Below are positions 1-11,316 of a DNA stretch of 64,000 nt, one piece after another. Under the pieces are notes generated by a model. That model was not told the origin of the DNA. It saw only the letters and a program-made list of their open reading frames with translations, and made no database searches. The translations under genes and the position numbers were made by a program. The stretch is from Schizosaccharomyces osmophilus. Lineage: Eukaryota. How positions within the stretch are numbered: position 1 is the stretch's first letter; each line of letters starts with the position of its first letter. The stretch lies in the NCBI RefSeq assembly GCF_027921745.1, contig NC_079239.1, forward strand, positions 992,001-1,056,000, given 5' to 3'.

Positions 1-1417
1 TCCCACCATTGTCAAACAGCCCATGGATTTAGGAACCATTGAGAAAAAAACAAGTAACCGCATTTATTCTTCACCACAAGAATTCATTGATGATATGAAT
101 TTGATGTTTTCTAATTGCTTTTTATACAATGGTACGAATTCCCCGGTCGGTTCCATGGGAAAGAGTTTGCAGACGGTATTTGAACGCCAATTAAAGCAAT
201 TACCAGATTCAGATCAAGCCCCAGCACCAGTATCCAAAAAAACCAAACAAAAGCCATCTCCAGCCCCTGTTGCTGTTGCGACCGCCCCAACTCCTGCTGC
301 TTCTACCCGTACCCGAAGAAGCTCGTCCGTTTCTTCACTGTCTCGTCCTTCCATTTCTTCTGCTCCCCCTTCTGCCGTTCCCTCTGCTACTTCTCCGCCG
401 CTTGTTGAAGGCAAACCGAAACGTCGAAAGAACAACTCTCAAATGCGGTACTGTACCACGATATTAAAGGAAATTTATAAACGACAGTACGAGCCATTTG
501 TCTTCCCCTTTTACCAGCCGGTAGATCCAGTGGCTTGTGATTGTCCCGACTATTTTGAAGTAGTTAAATATCCCATGGATTTGAGTACTGTCCAAGCAAA
601 ACTCAGTAAAAACGAATATGAAGTACCAGATGAATTTGAGTCAGATATACGATTGATGCTTGATAATTGTTTCACATATAATCCTCCTGGAACCCCGGTT
701 CATCTTATGGGTCGACAACTTGAAGATTTGTTTAATGAAAAGTGGAATGCTCGTCCCAAATATGATGATGTCACCCTTAATAAACAACAGGCTGTTGAGA
801 CCGCTTCCTTGTTATATGAAAACGGCGATGAAGAAGCTTTTTTGTCGGAAGAAGAAGTAAATGGTGACAAGTTTGCCGCCGTGGATAAACAAATATCCAT
901 GCTCCAAGACACCCTAGAAGCTATGAAAGCAAAGAAAATGAAACGCATGCGTAAGCCTCGGCGCCGTGACTCCAACAAAGAATACGGGCCTATCACGTAT
1001 GCTATGCAAACTGAATTGGCTGAGAGATGCAATTATTTAACTGCAGAACAATTATCCACAGTTGCAGAAATTTTAAGAGAAGAAATGCCTTGGTTGCGGG
1101 ATACGGATGAAATCGAAATAGATGTTGGAAATATGAAACCAGAAACTTTTCATCGTATTTATCGGTTTGTCTGTAAACCCGAAGCAACTTCCTCTGATCC
1201 ACCTTCTCCTTCTTTGATGCCATCTAGACACGAGAAAAAGAAAGGCAGAGTGCTTTCGGAAACCGAACAGGCAGATAAAATTCGGCGTTTACAGCAGCAG
1301 TTGGATCGTTTTGCTGGCAAAGCGTCCGATGCACCCCTAGGGCAGTCCCATGAATATGATAGAACATCCGAGTCTGCTGAAAGCGATAATGAAAGTGAGA
1401 GCAGTGAATCAGAATAA
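1..1417 (+). CDS. bdf1: BET-family double-bromodomain protein, 5' end outside the window
   Basis: The frame is open from the window edge. It encodes the end of bromodomain 1 (PMDLGTI...NCFLYN), bromodomain 2 (FVFPFYQPVDP...YPMDLST...NCFTYN) and an ET domain (EIEIDV). Confidence 0.93.
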   Translation, partial: PTIVKQPMDLGTIEKKTSNRIYSSPQEFIDDMNLMFSNCFLYNGTNSPVGSMGKSLQTVFERQLKQLPDSDQAPAPVSKKTKQKPSPAPVAVATAPTPAASTRTRRSSSVSSLSRPSISSAPPSAVPSATSPPLVEGKPKRRKNNSQMRYCTTILKEIYKRQYEPFVFPFYQPVDPVACDCPDYFEVVKYPMDLSTVQAKLSKNEYEVPDEFESDIRLMLDNCFTYNPPGTPVHLMGRQLEDLFNEKWNARPKYDDVTLNKQQAVETASLLYENGDEEAFLSEEEVNGDKFAAVDKQISMLQDTLEAMKAKKMKRMRKPRRRDSNKEYGPITYAMQTELAERCNYLTAEQLSTVAEILREEMPWLRDTDEIEIDVGNMKPETFHRIYRFVCKPEATSSDPPSPSLMPSRHEKKKGRVLSETEQADKIRRLQQQLDRFAGKASDAPLGQSHEYDRTSESAESDNESESSESE

Positions 1418-2148
1418 AGGTTTTTTCGTTTGTTCTCGCAACTGGATATTACCAGAAAAGGCATTTGTTAGTTTCCTCTCAGAAAAGCCAACAAATGTTC
1501 CTTGAGCGTCGGTTATGTCATATATAATTAATAAGTTTAATAATAGGAACAGTCTTAATGGTTTGTTATGTTCATCAGTTGAAGAATGTTTTAAAGCCAT
1601 GGAAGGACCGTCGCCATTTTCATGTTAGCAAAATTGCTAAATACGATTTTTGATGGACAATACTCTAAAGTTGTGAAGCGATTGCTTAAGTTTTATGAGT
1701 TTGGATCATATAAACGGAAGTTGTCGTTTAGCTTAAGAGGAAGATCACTCAGTTTTTGTCCAATTCACAACATTTGCCTAATATGTTGTACTGTTTATGA
1801 ATTTTTTTCTTTCGTGTATAATGTCTTTTCTCTTCGATAATTGATTTCCTTTTCAATCTACTCTCGATGCTATACCAATCAGTTTAGCAAGATGATTTTT
1901 CTTGTGAAAGTTTTGTACGACCCATGTCGCTCTTTTCCGCCCTTTGCCGCATAAGTTGTGCTTTATGTGCAATACAAAAATCAATTACTCTGTCATTTTT
2001 GTTTATAAATTCACTGTAAATAAATATTAATGTTTCCACTTCTATAAAGTGCAAGCTAGAGAGATTCACCAAACTTTTCTTGTAGAAATGATCATAATGA
2101 TTATTAAAAATAAAATAGCTTAATTATATTACAAATCAAATAGTGAGC

Positions 2149-2159
2149 GGTTCGAATCC
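2149..2159 (+). promoter_or_regulatory. Isolated Pol III B-box consensus (possible TFIIIC ETC/COC site)
   Basis: Perfect GGTTCGAATCC with no surrounding tRNA cloverleaf. Confidence 0.4.
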
Positions 2160-2255
2160 TGGAGAACCCATTATTTTAGGGAAAATTGGTGAGTGTTTAG
2201 GACACGTTGGAAAAGTTGCGCAGTGCCAACCTCATAAAATCGCATAAAAACAAAT

Positions 2256-3068
2256 ATGGATGCTTTACCTGAGCAAGGAATTCGGTTAGAAGAAGGACAA
2301 GATACAAATGTATTATTTGAAAAATGTCTAGGTTGCTCTGACGTTGGAATCGTTTCCGGTACCGTTCGAAACATGGATGGAACCATGGCCGCGGAGCTTG
2401 TCCGCAGACTTGTGACAGAAATGTCATCAGAAATGCGTCCTACCATGGCGATTTGGTTGCATTGGATTATTGTGACTCATGGTGGATATCTGGCTAGTGT
2501 ACAGGATTTGCAAGAACCATTGAATGAATTGCACGGCAAGTTGATACATGGCGGAGATCTTCTTATGAAGATTTCTGCTCTTTCCGGAAGATTAAGCATG
2601 GTACTTGGACAAGCTGAGATCCGAGAGAGTCGACAACTTGATCAAGAAGGAAGTAGTGAAGAGGACAGTGATTATGAGGATGAGCAAAACTCTGACTACG
2701 ATATTGAGGTAGTGGACGAAAATGAAGATGAATTGGATGAAAACGAAGAAGAGGAAGCCGCAGCTGCAGCCGCTGAGATTATGAAACATAACAAGTTAGA
2801 CGAAGATAAGGCGCATACATATCTCTCTCCCGATGCAGAACTGTCCCCTAGAAGACGACAATTGGAAAACAAACATCACTTTAGTGAAGAAGAAGAAGAT
2901 GATGATGACGATGAGGAAGAAGATGACAACGAGCAAGCATTACATGAAGATGGAACTGGTGAATCTGAGTCAGAATCTGAAGCAGAAGTGGAGGCTGCTA
3001 GGCCAGTTCCAGTACGCAAGAATCCTCGCCCTGAAAGCCCGAGAAAGTCTATGCGCAAATCTAGGTAA
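2256..3068 (+). CDS. Utp5-like (Utp12/Dip2 C-terminal domain) ribosome-biogenesis protein with acidic tail
   Basis: 270 aa. It has a W..WIIVTHGGYL and L.GRLSMV Utp12-domain-like region and an E/D-rich tail. It lies between bdf1 and tef5, as recalled for SPCC1450.03. Confidence 0.7.
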   Translation: MDALPEQGIRLEEGQDTNVLFEKCLGCSDVGIVSGTVRNMDGTMAAELVRRLVTEMSSEMRPTMAIWLHWIIVTHGGYLASVQDLQEPLNELHGKLIHGGDLLMKISALSGRLSMVLGQAEIRESRQLDQEGSSEEDSDYEDEQNSDYDIEVVDENEDELDENEEEEAAAAAAEIMKHNKLDEDKAHTYLSPDAELSPRRRQLENKHHFSEEEEDDDDDEEEDDNEQALHEDGTGESESESEAEVEAARPVPVRKNPRPESPRKSMRKSR

Positions 3069-3736
3069 AAAAGTAAACTTCCCAATTTGTAAACATAGCT
3101 AGTGGCGCGAGTTTTCCGTTTGAACCAATGTTTCGAGTTTTTTGATTTCTTGTTAGTTTCTCGCAAAGAACGAGACTAAAAACGCTTATGTAGCTTGGCT
3201 TTTGGAATGCTTTCATATAAGTATTATAGAGAACAAAAGCAAAAATTTTGTACTATATTTTTTCGTTGATCGACGAAAAAGTTATTAGCGGACATGGCGA
3301 TTTAAAAAGGATTTCAACTGTTTATGGATCTAATTTATTTCAGGTTTAGATGTACCATAGGTTTTGGGTTTGGCTAATAATACTGTTTGATTATAACAAA
3401 GGTTCCTACCAAGAGTGTCTATGAGGGATGATATATTTAATCCTTTTTCTAGACTACTGTACATGACTATACACTCAAGATCCATCTAAATTTTCAAATT
3501 GTTTCATTTACAACCTTTTTCTTTGTACACCTACCTTTCCTTTCACTAGTCCTTTTGATGAAACAGATTACTACACTGTATCTCCTTGTAAAATGGTATC
3601 GGTACGTAACGATGCCAGACGTACTACTAAACAACTTAGCAAATTCGATTAAAATATTATTTTTTTATTGCTTAGTGCAAAGTGATTTACCTGTGCAGAA
3701 AGAAGAGAAATTTTCTTGTCCACAACCAACAACAAA

Positions 3737-4555
3737 ATGGGTTTCACTAATTTCACCTCCGACGCTGGTCTTAAGCAACTCAACGACTACTTGACTGACA
3801 AGTCTTTCATTGAAGGGTAAGCAGATACTTTGACGACGATATCCCTCAGTCGGACAAAGGGAAATTGCTGAAAGTTTGACAAATTTTGTGTTTGATTGAG
3901 TGTTAGTGGATTATTCTCGTTTTCATAAAGAATACCTCAATTGTTGATCGATGTCGATTCGGTTTTGTACAAGTATGCTAACTTTGAATGTAGTCACTCT
4001 GCCAGCCAAGCTGACGCTGTCGTCTTTAAGGCTGTTGGTGCCGCCCCCAACGCCGAGAAGTTCCCTAACGCTGCTCGTTGGTATAAGCAAATTGCCACCT
4101 ACGACGTTGCAACCCTCCCTGGTACCGCCAAGGAGCTCTCTGCTTACGGCCCTGCTGAGGGTGCCGCTGCTGAGGAGGATGACATCGATCTTTTCGGCTC
4201 TGACGAGGAGGATCCCGAAGCTGAGCGTATCAAATCTGAGCGTGTCGCTGAGTACAATAAGAAGAAGTCTAAGAAGCCCAAGGCCATTCAAAAGTCTCTT
4301 GTTACTATGGACGTTAAGCCCTGGGATGATGAGACCCCTATGGACGAACTTGAGAAGGCTGTCCGTGGCATCCAAATGGATGGTCTCTTGTGGGGTGTCT
4401 CTAGACTTGTTCCCGTCGGTTTTGGTGTCAACAAATTCCAAATTAACTTGGTTGTTGAAGACGACAAGGTTTCTTTGGAAGCTCTCCAAGAAGAACTTGA
4501 AGGTTTGGAGGACTATGTCCAATCCACCGATGTTGCCGCTATGTCCAAGTTGTAA
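3737..4555 (+). CDS. tef5: Translation elongation factor EF-1 beta; exons 3737-3816, 3994-4555
   Basis: Exon 1 reads [19 protein letters not shown]. The intron is GTAAGC...GCTAAC...TAG. Motifs [20 protein letters not shown] and [11 protein letters not shown] are present. Confidence 0.97.
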
Positions 4556-4949
4556 GCTCGTTCCTTGTTAGTAGTAATTGCAATAGGTACGAAGAAAGAT
4601 TGGGTATATGCAGGAATGGTCAAATAACAATCGATTTTTCAAAAATTAAAAAGAGATGAGGTAGATATGCTGGTAGAGAAAGAGAATGACGGACAGGAAC
4701 TAGGCTGGATGATGACAGTGAAACACACTTAGGTGTTAGTAAGTGAGACGCAAAATTGTAAGCAAGGTTTTGAAGTCTTTTGTAAATTGAACAAAAACAC
4801 ACATGTTTAATATATACTAAAGGATATGTTGATACTATCAAAATTACAGATTACTCTAGAAAGAACTTTCATTGAAACTTGACAAGTTAGGCAATTACTG
4901 CAGCCAAGCAAGACAAAAATTATATTGTGAGTCCACTCGTATCGTTTAT

Positions 4950-5372
4950 TCAAGGTCTTCTTGAACGTACAGGGCTCTTAGGCTGTGAAGAATCCCGACT
5001 ACCAGGACCCATAGGCGCATCGTCGTCAAGGCCAAAAACCTTTGGATTAAAACCTGGAAGTATGCCAGGCTGAACATGGCTGAATGCTTGAATCAGCTGT
5101 TCTTCGTCGACAGCGACATCTTCCATGATAGGATTAGCAAGCCATTGTTTTAAAGTGTCGTCCTTGATTATTTCATTGTGTCCAGGTAAATCTTGAATAT
5201 ACGCCTTGTACGATCGACGCATTTTCCGTTTATTTCCATGCTCATCAATCCGTCCAACCTTTTTGACAAGCTCTGAAAGTCCATATACTTCCATCAAGTT
5301 CTCATGCGGCGACGGCTTCACAGGCTGATACTGTACGCTTCCTACATAGTGATACTTGGGCGATTCCGGCAT
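4950..5372 (-). CDS. med19: Mediator subunit Med19/Rox3
   Basis: 140 aa with NLMEVYGL...KMRRSYKAYIQDLPG, typical of fungal Rox3. Confidence 0.85.
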   Translation of the reverse strand: MPESPKYHYVGSVQYQPVKPSPHENLMEVYGLSELVKKVGRIDEHGNKRKMRRSYKAYIQDLPGHNEIIKDDTLKQWLANPIMEDVAVDEEQLIQAFSHVQPGILPGFNPKVFGLDDDAPMGPGSRDSSQPKSPVRSRRP

Positions 5373-5704
5373 GTGCTAACGAAATAAAACTTAAATAAGA
5401 TGTAAAATATGAAAAATTCTGACTTTCGCAAAGAAAAAAGATCTTATAGTTGCTAGGACCAAAATTCCTTTGTGAGGTTGTTATGGTAAAGAGGAAATGC
5501 TGCTAGTGATGGCATGAATAATGAGCTAATGAAATGGGTTCATACAGCGTGGATGTGGGATTTAAATTAAGGTAATTAGAAAAGTAAAAAAAATAAAAAA
5601 TAAAAAGAAACTCAAACTCAAACTCAAGCAAAATCGAAATCACTGCACCTGTTCGTAAACGAGCAAGACTAGCGGGTGTAAGACAAGTCGACCATCATAG
5701 GCGC

Positions 5705-6226
5705 TTAGGCTTCTTGAATAGGAATAATTTTGACTTGATTGTGCGTCCAACGATCCAATTCGCCTTGAATTTGGTGCTCCCGGTAGAGCAATTGTAAATC
5801 CTCATATCCACCAATGCTATGACCACCAAAAAAAATATTTGGAAGTGTGTAAACACCGCTAATGGAAGATAACCATGAGCGCAATTCGGTACTATGGGTG
5901 AAGTCTGTGACTTCGACGATGAAAGGAGCAGGTTCCATATTGAGTATATCCGTCAGCATGGACTTGGCTGCCTGACTGTATAGGCAACCTGGACGACTAA
6001 AGACCATGACGGGATTTTCAAGAAAAACCTGGAAATCCTTTTCTTCTACTGCATCTTTACTAGGAAGTTTGGCCTCGTAGGAAGTTGAAGAAGGATGGCT
6101 TTGCGCAGCAAGAGGACTCGACGAGCTTTTCGTTAGCGGTATACTAAAAGGAAAAGGTAGAATTAATTGAAGAAACAGCAGGATAATGAAGATAGATCCG
6201 CATAAAATAAGTTTGGGATTTAGCAT
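5705..6226 (-). CDS. grx3: Membrane-anchored monothiol glutaredoxin (Grx6/7-like)
   Basis: N-terminal hydrophobic anchor, VFSRPGCLYS active site, and TLPNIFFGGHSIGG. Confidence 0.85.
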   Translation of the reverse strand: MLNPKLILCGSIFIILLFLQLILPFPFSIPLTKSSSSPLAAQSHPSSTSYEAKLPSKDAVEEKDFQVFLENPVMVFSRPGCLYSQAAKSMLTDILNMEPAPFIVEVTDFTHSTELRSWLSSISGVYTLPNIFFGGHSIGGYEDLQLLYREHQIQGELDRWTHNQVKIIPIQEA

Positions 6227-6695
6227 CGTGGATATTCAAGATCGGGGTTTTTTTATAAAACGTGATTCGTAAATTATGTATGAAATAAAAAATAATGATA
6301 CAAGCAGCCTTCGATTGCCAATGTGGCTCAAAAATTGAGATTCTAAAACTGTTTACGGTGGATGGGGTTGTAAAGGAATAAAATAAACCTGTTAGGATTT
6401 TCAAACGAAGGATTTTACATGAAAGATACGTTTTTCTTATATCTTCCTTGTTATTATTGTCTGTCAAGGACTTTGTCTTTACTTTGAGGAAATCCGGCGT
6501 TTCAGAAACACCCTTTTAAACTAGCATGTGCGAGTGTAGAAAAAAATAGCAAATTATTTAATTATCTAGATTGGATAGGGAAAAAGTAGAAATGAATTAC
6601 GAACGTAAACAAATGGTCATGAAAGAGTAGAATCAAATAAATAAAATAAAAGGCGAGTAAGGAAAACAGAGCAAGTACAAAAGAGCATTCACAAT

Positions 6696-7739
6696 TTAAG
6701 CAAACTTTATTAAGGGAAGGGACAACATGACTGAATCAAAAGCCATACCATACCCAGCTTGGTAGCCCGTGCCAGAGGCACCATAATCATGGATCAGAGG
6801 GAATTTGGTACCTGGAAGAGTATCCAATTCTACACGAGCACCACCATTACGAGAAGGACGGAAACCGACTGCTTCATAAATGATCTTTGCAGCTTCGGGA
6901 CCTTGATGTTGAAACAGCTCTGGCATAAGCGCAGCTGTGCGCTTTAAGATATCTTGAGTATCTTCAGGGTGAATTTCACGATCCCAGTTGCCCTTTTGCA
7001 TAAAACCTCCCAAAACGACACCGCCGTTGAAAGGACGAGGAATGATGTAGGTATCAGAATTCGTACCATTGCGGATTCTCGTTTCTTTGATGTGAGGAGC
7101 ATCGACACAGACAACGTGGCCGCGAGTAGGATACACGTCTGGATCTTCTACACCTCCAAGCGTAGAAGCCCAAACTCCTGGACAATTAAAGACCACAGTC
7201 GGGTTAGGAACAAACTGCAGAACATCGTTGATATGTTTAATTTCTTCTTTGACGAAAGTGACTCCAGAATCGTTAAGAATGCTGTGAATGAAGTTTAAAT
7301 ACTGAGGAACATTTATCAAAAACGTAGTGCCGGTGTGGCCGTAAAGGCAGTTTTCAGGCAGTTCTTCCTTAGGAATAGTTTTGAAATCTTTTACATAAGA
7401 ACTCCAAGAGCGAATCTTCTCAAGGTTAGGATCATAATCCCAGAGCTCACGAAGATCAGCAAAGACGACACCTGATTCCTTTCGAGTGTTTGCAAGATAA
7501 GCAAGTCGATTATAGGTAATCCTGTCCCATCGCAGGGCTTTTTCGTCTCCACTTGAGATACTACAGAAATTTGCGCCAGCCCAAGGCGAAGTATAATCAA
7601 CAGAACGATCTTCAGGTGTATGCTTGGCAATAACTTTTATACGAGGGCCCAATCCAAAATCGCATAGAATCCATGCTGTTGTAAGTCCAATGACCCCTGC
7701 TCCAACAATAGCAATATCCTGGGTCTGCTGAGCTGACAT
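6696..7739 (-). CDS. dao1: D-amino acid oxidase
   Basis: GAGVIG FAD motif, SPWAGA, PTRG, VGFRPSR, HDYGASGTGYQ. Confidence 0.93.
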   Translation of the reverse strand: MSAQQTQDIAIVGAGVIGLTTAWILCDFGLGPRIKVIAKHTPEDRSVDYTSPWAGANFCSISSGDEKALRWDRITYNRLAYLANTRKESGVVFADLRELWDYDPNLEKIRSWSSYVKDFKTIPKEELPENCLYGHTGTTFLINVPQYLNFIHSILNDSGVTFVKEEIKHINDVLQFVPNPTVVFNCPGVWASTLGGVEDPDVYPTRGHVVCVDAPHIKETRIRNGTNSDTYIIPRPFNGGVVLGGFMQKGNWDREIHPEDTQDILKRTAALMPELFQHQGPEAAKIIYEAVGFRPSRNGGARVELDTLPGTKFPLIHDYGASGTGYQAGYGMAFDSVMLSLPLIKFA

Positions 7740-8560
7740 TATATTTGATGTATAGAAGTAAATTAGTTTAAAAATACAACTTCAATAAACCTACGAACTG
7801 ATTAGCTTTCACATTCTTCAACTTGCAAACATTCTCTTCTCCAGTATGTTTATTAATATAGTATAGTGAGGGAGAAGCTTATAAAAAGTAACCTTTGTGA
7901 CGTACCTAGAATTCTAGGAGAAAGGCAAGATGCGAAGGTACGAAAACTATGCTTTGATGAAACTAAGAACGCGGTATGCTGGGATTTATAGTAAAGCAAA
8001 TTGTGAAGAATACGTTCTTATCAACGGGTATTTTCTTTATGTATCTGCGGAGCTCAGTGTTACAAGGCCCAAGATGACTTACGATAGCGCTGAAATCATT
8101 TGCGTTGCAGTCCCACAATAAACAAACAAGTTATATAGGAAGAGGTTTTCAAAAATAGATGTAGGCAACTGAATTTGTTTTGTAACGATCAAGTTTGAAT
8201 AGGAATGTTTGAAAAAGGGCAAGGAAACTTGTTATGCTAATTACAAGCTCCGAGTGAAAGAAAGAGTGACTAAAGATTAAGGCAAAAGAAGGATTCCCAA
8301 CAGGTACACTTATAAATACATCCATTTAGACAATTCCTTCTTCAATCGCATCCCGAATAATTCAATATTATATTTTTCTTGTTCATTTTCATGTTCCTAC
8401 ACAACTTCACAAAGCGTCTATTGCTTCCATTCTTGTACTGTTAAAATTCATTAAATCATTTCCATATCCATATCCAAAGTACCCTAAAACCCTTCAAAAA
8501 TTTACAGTGTATTTTTGTTGCCAAGTTTTTTCTTTTTTCTTTTTTCTTTTTTTTTTTTTT

Positions 8561-10239
8561 TTACCACTTATTGGCCAGCAATAAGGGATTCGACAAATCT
8601 GTTTCCACGGACCGGTAGGTCGCTTGTAGATATTCTGGAGCCAGCTGTGGATCTTGAATCCATTGCTCAAGGCTGTTGTTAACAAAAGAACGATCAACCT
8701 CTTTTCTTCCAGGGGAATTGTATAAGGATTCCACTTGGTTCATCCATTCTCGACTTGCCAAAACCCGTTCACCAGAAGGAAATGGGACTTGGCCACCTCC
8801 ATTTATACAACCTCCTGGACAAGCCATAACTTCTACGTAATCATATTGGCGGCTCTTCTGTTGCGCTTTCTGAGCATCCGTTTTCATTCTCCGTTTCAGT
8901 AATACTTGTCCTCGACGGCTAGAGTTGCCATTCACTTTACGTACCAAATTTTGGATGTTTCGAAAGCCATAACAGGTAGCCATCGTTAACAAAACTTCAT
9001 CGTTTTGGGGATTTCGTAGCATGTATTCAGTTAAATCGCCATTTTGGTTGACTTTTGTAACGAATGCATTTGCATCGTGGATACCAAAGAGCATTTCAGC
9101 AGCATAAGACATAACATAACTCATGTATCCACCAGAGCTAGAACCCATCTGTTCCACATACGTCAATCGTGGATACCAAGCTGGTAACGTCTTATCCGAA
9201 ATTTTGTAAGGAATTCTGTTTTGTATTATGCTTCTTGGGTCCAAGTTGAAATGTTTAAACATCTCTACAATTTCTTTTGGTGTCAAAACAGCATCGACAT
9301 CTCGAATGCCATCTTCGGAAAACTCTTCCCGACTTGCTTCTAGCTTTTTGTCGAAACAAGGCATAAGACTCAAATGCCAAACTTGCTCACGAGGCAATGA
9401 AAACTGTTTGCTTGCCCAATCTTTGATTAAACGTCCACATGCCTGCTGAGGTGAGCGTATTTGTGACAGATGTGGAATGAGTGCTGACTGTGTTTTTTCA
9501 ACGTAGCAAATCCATCCGGGACAAGAAGACGAAAGGATTGGCAACTTTGTATGTGGTTCGGATTTAGAAGAGGATACCGTATTTTTAGAGTTTTTCTGCA
9601 CCTCAGACGCACTGAAATCAATGGCTTTCTCACTTCCGCTTTCAAGCGCCTTTTCTTGTTGTTTTTGCTTCCATGACTCACAAAATTCTTCTGCACACTG
9701 CTGCAACACGATCTCTCGGGCAGCATTGGTATCTAAAACGGTACAAAATCCAAGTTTACCAACAAACACCATCTCCAAAACATCCTGCATTTCCTCTAAA
9801 GAGATGCCATAATAAGCAGCTAAGTTTGCACGTACTTGCGGACTTGAAGACACGTAAAAAACCTCTTGGCCATCTGTTCTAGAGTCCAATCGTTTCAGGA
9901 CCTCCTGGTACGATTGTAAGTTTACCAACACTGTTTCTGCCGAAGTGATACATCCACTGCAAGCCAAGCAATCATTCAATGAGATGCTAGCTACTTCTAA
10001 TTCTTTTGATTCTCCTGTATCTTTGGTAACTTCGTAATAAGACTCTCCTTCTACTTGAATTTCATTCTAAACGCGTTCTGTTAGTCTTTTTGCCCCTCTA
10101 AACGCTTGTTTGTTTCATTCGCGTATGCTTTACTTACATTTTCATGTCCTTTTTCTGATTTTTTCACTTCTGCTGGCTTGATGCAAACAGCTCCCGGATT
10201 TAAAAAGTCATTCAAATCATTTTCTGAAAGTTTTGCCAT
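8561..10239 (-). CDS. nar1: Cytosolic Fe-S assembly protein Nar1 (Fe-hydrogenase-like); exons 10239-10138, 10066-8561
   Basis: Exon 1 reads MAKLSENDLNDFLNPGAVCIKP, followed by a 71-nt GTAAGT...CTAAC...TAG intron. Motifs CLACSGC, SSCPGW, MPCFDKKLE and EVMACPGGCINGGGQ are present. Confidence 0.95.
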
Positions 10240-11316
10240 ACTTTAAATGATCTTAATGCTTGGTTTTTTCCAAGTTCATTCTTTCTTTAGGCTCTTACTT
10301 CCTCTTAGTAAACATAATTTGCCACATTAGATCTTCGTATCTACTTTTCGGTATTCTAACGCAATGTAAATAATTTGATTAATCAATCTTTAGCTATCCT
10401 TATTTGTTGATCAATAATGCACAGTTTAGCTGGCAGTTTACAGTTTGCTGTAATGTAACTCTTCATTATTGATTTAGTTTTATTTAAAGTAGACAGTTCT
10501 CAGAATATTAACTTGAATATACTTTGAAAATTCTCAAAAGCCTTGGAACAGTAAAGGATGTGAAAAAACACTGCATAGAAAACGAGCGAACCCTGATGGC
10601 TCTCATTCTAATCTGCAGTCCAAGAGCGAGTATATTCAAATGAGAAAAAAAATAAAAAAAAAAAAAAAAAAAAAAACAGCGTCCAAGCTGCTTCAATTCA
10701 CCTCGAGAAACAAAAGCCTGATTGAAAAAAAGTCTACAACTACTTTTATGAAACCATCAGTGTAGTTTTTTAAAAGGTTTTATAATTTTGCTATGTAACA
10801 GTAGAAAACACCAGAAGAAACAAAAAAGGAACGCATAAAAAGAAAGATAAAATTTGAACGAACAAGCAAACGAAATGATGGCTTTATGATATCTAATAGA
10901 ATGAAACTCAATAAAAAAATACTGAACATGTCGAGATGACTCAACATTCAGCATGAATGATAATAATAAATACTATAAACACAAAGACAAAGACTACCAT
11001 AAAGAAATAAAGGAAAGTCAACATTCAAACAATTACCAGAAGACTGCCGATATCACCAGCAACGGTTTCCTTTATAGCGTCGCCGATAATGCTGATGAAA
11101 TGGCTACCAAATATATGTAGTCCACTGATAAATAATCGACAGGAGATACAATTGAAGGCTTGCATCATCAATCTAGAAATATAATAAATCCAGGTCGTCT
11201 TTTGTTCGATTTTAATACTTTCTAGGATGAAGTCGATAGATACACCTTTTTTAATTTTGGAAGATCGAAAATCGTAAAAGATAATTTAGCACACTGAAGT
11301 GGTTTTGGTTGAATAT

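Noticed and set aside
2881..2990. GAA/GAT trinucleotide-like repeats
   Set aside because: These simply encode the acidic tail of the Utp5-like protein.
3817..3993. Possible U18 snoRNA in the EF-1 beta intron (as in budding-yeast EFB1)
   Set aside because: No RTGATGA box C and no GGTCCGTGTTTCTGA-type guide plus box D is visible.
3923..4571. Long alternative-frame and antisense ORFs over tef5 (199 and 206 aa)
   Set aside because: Shadow ORFs caused by the strong codon bias of a highly expressed gene; no recognisable protein.
8527..8562. Long poly(T)/poly(A) tracts (also near 10644-10677, 50837-50856 and 54030-54043)
   Set aside because: Ordinary homopolymer tracts with no target-site duplication or retro-copied sequence.
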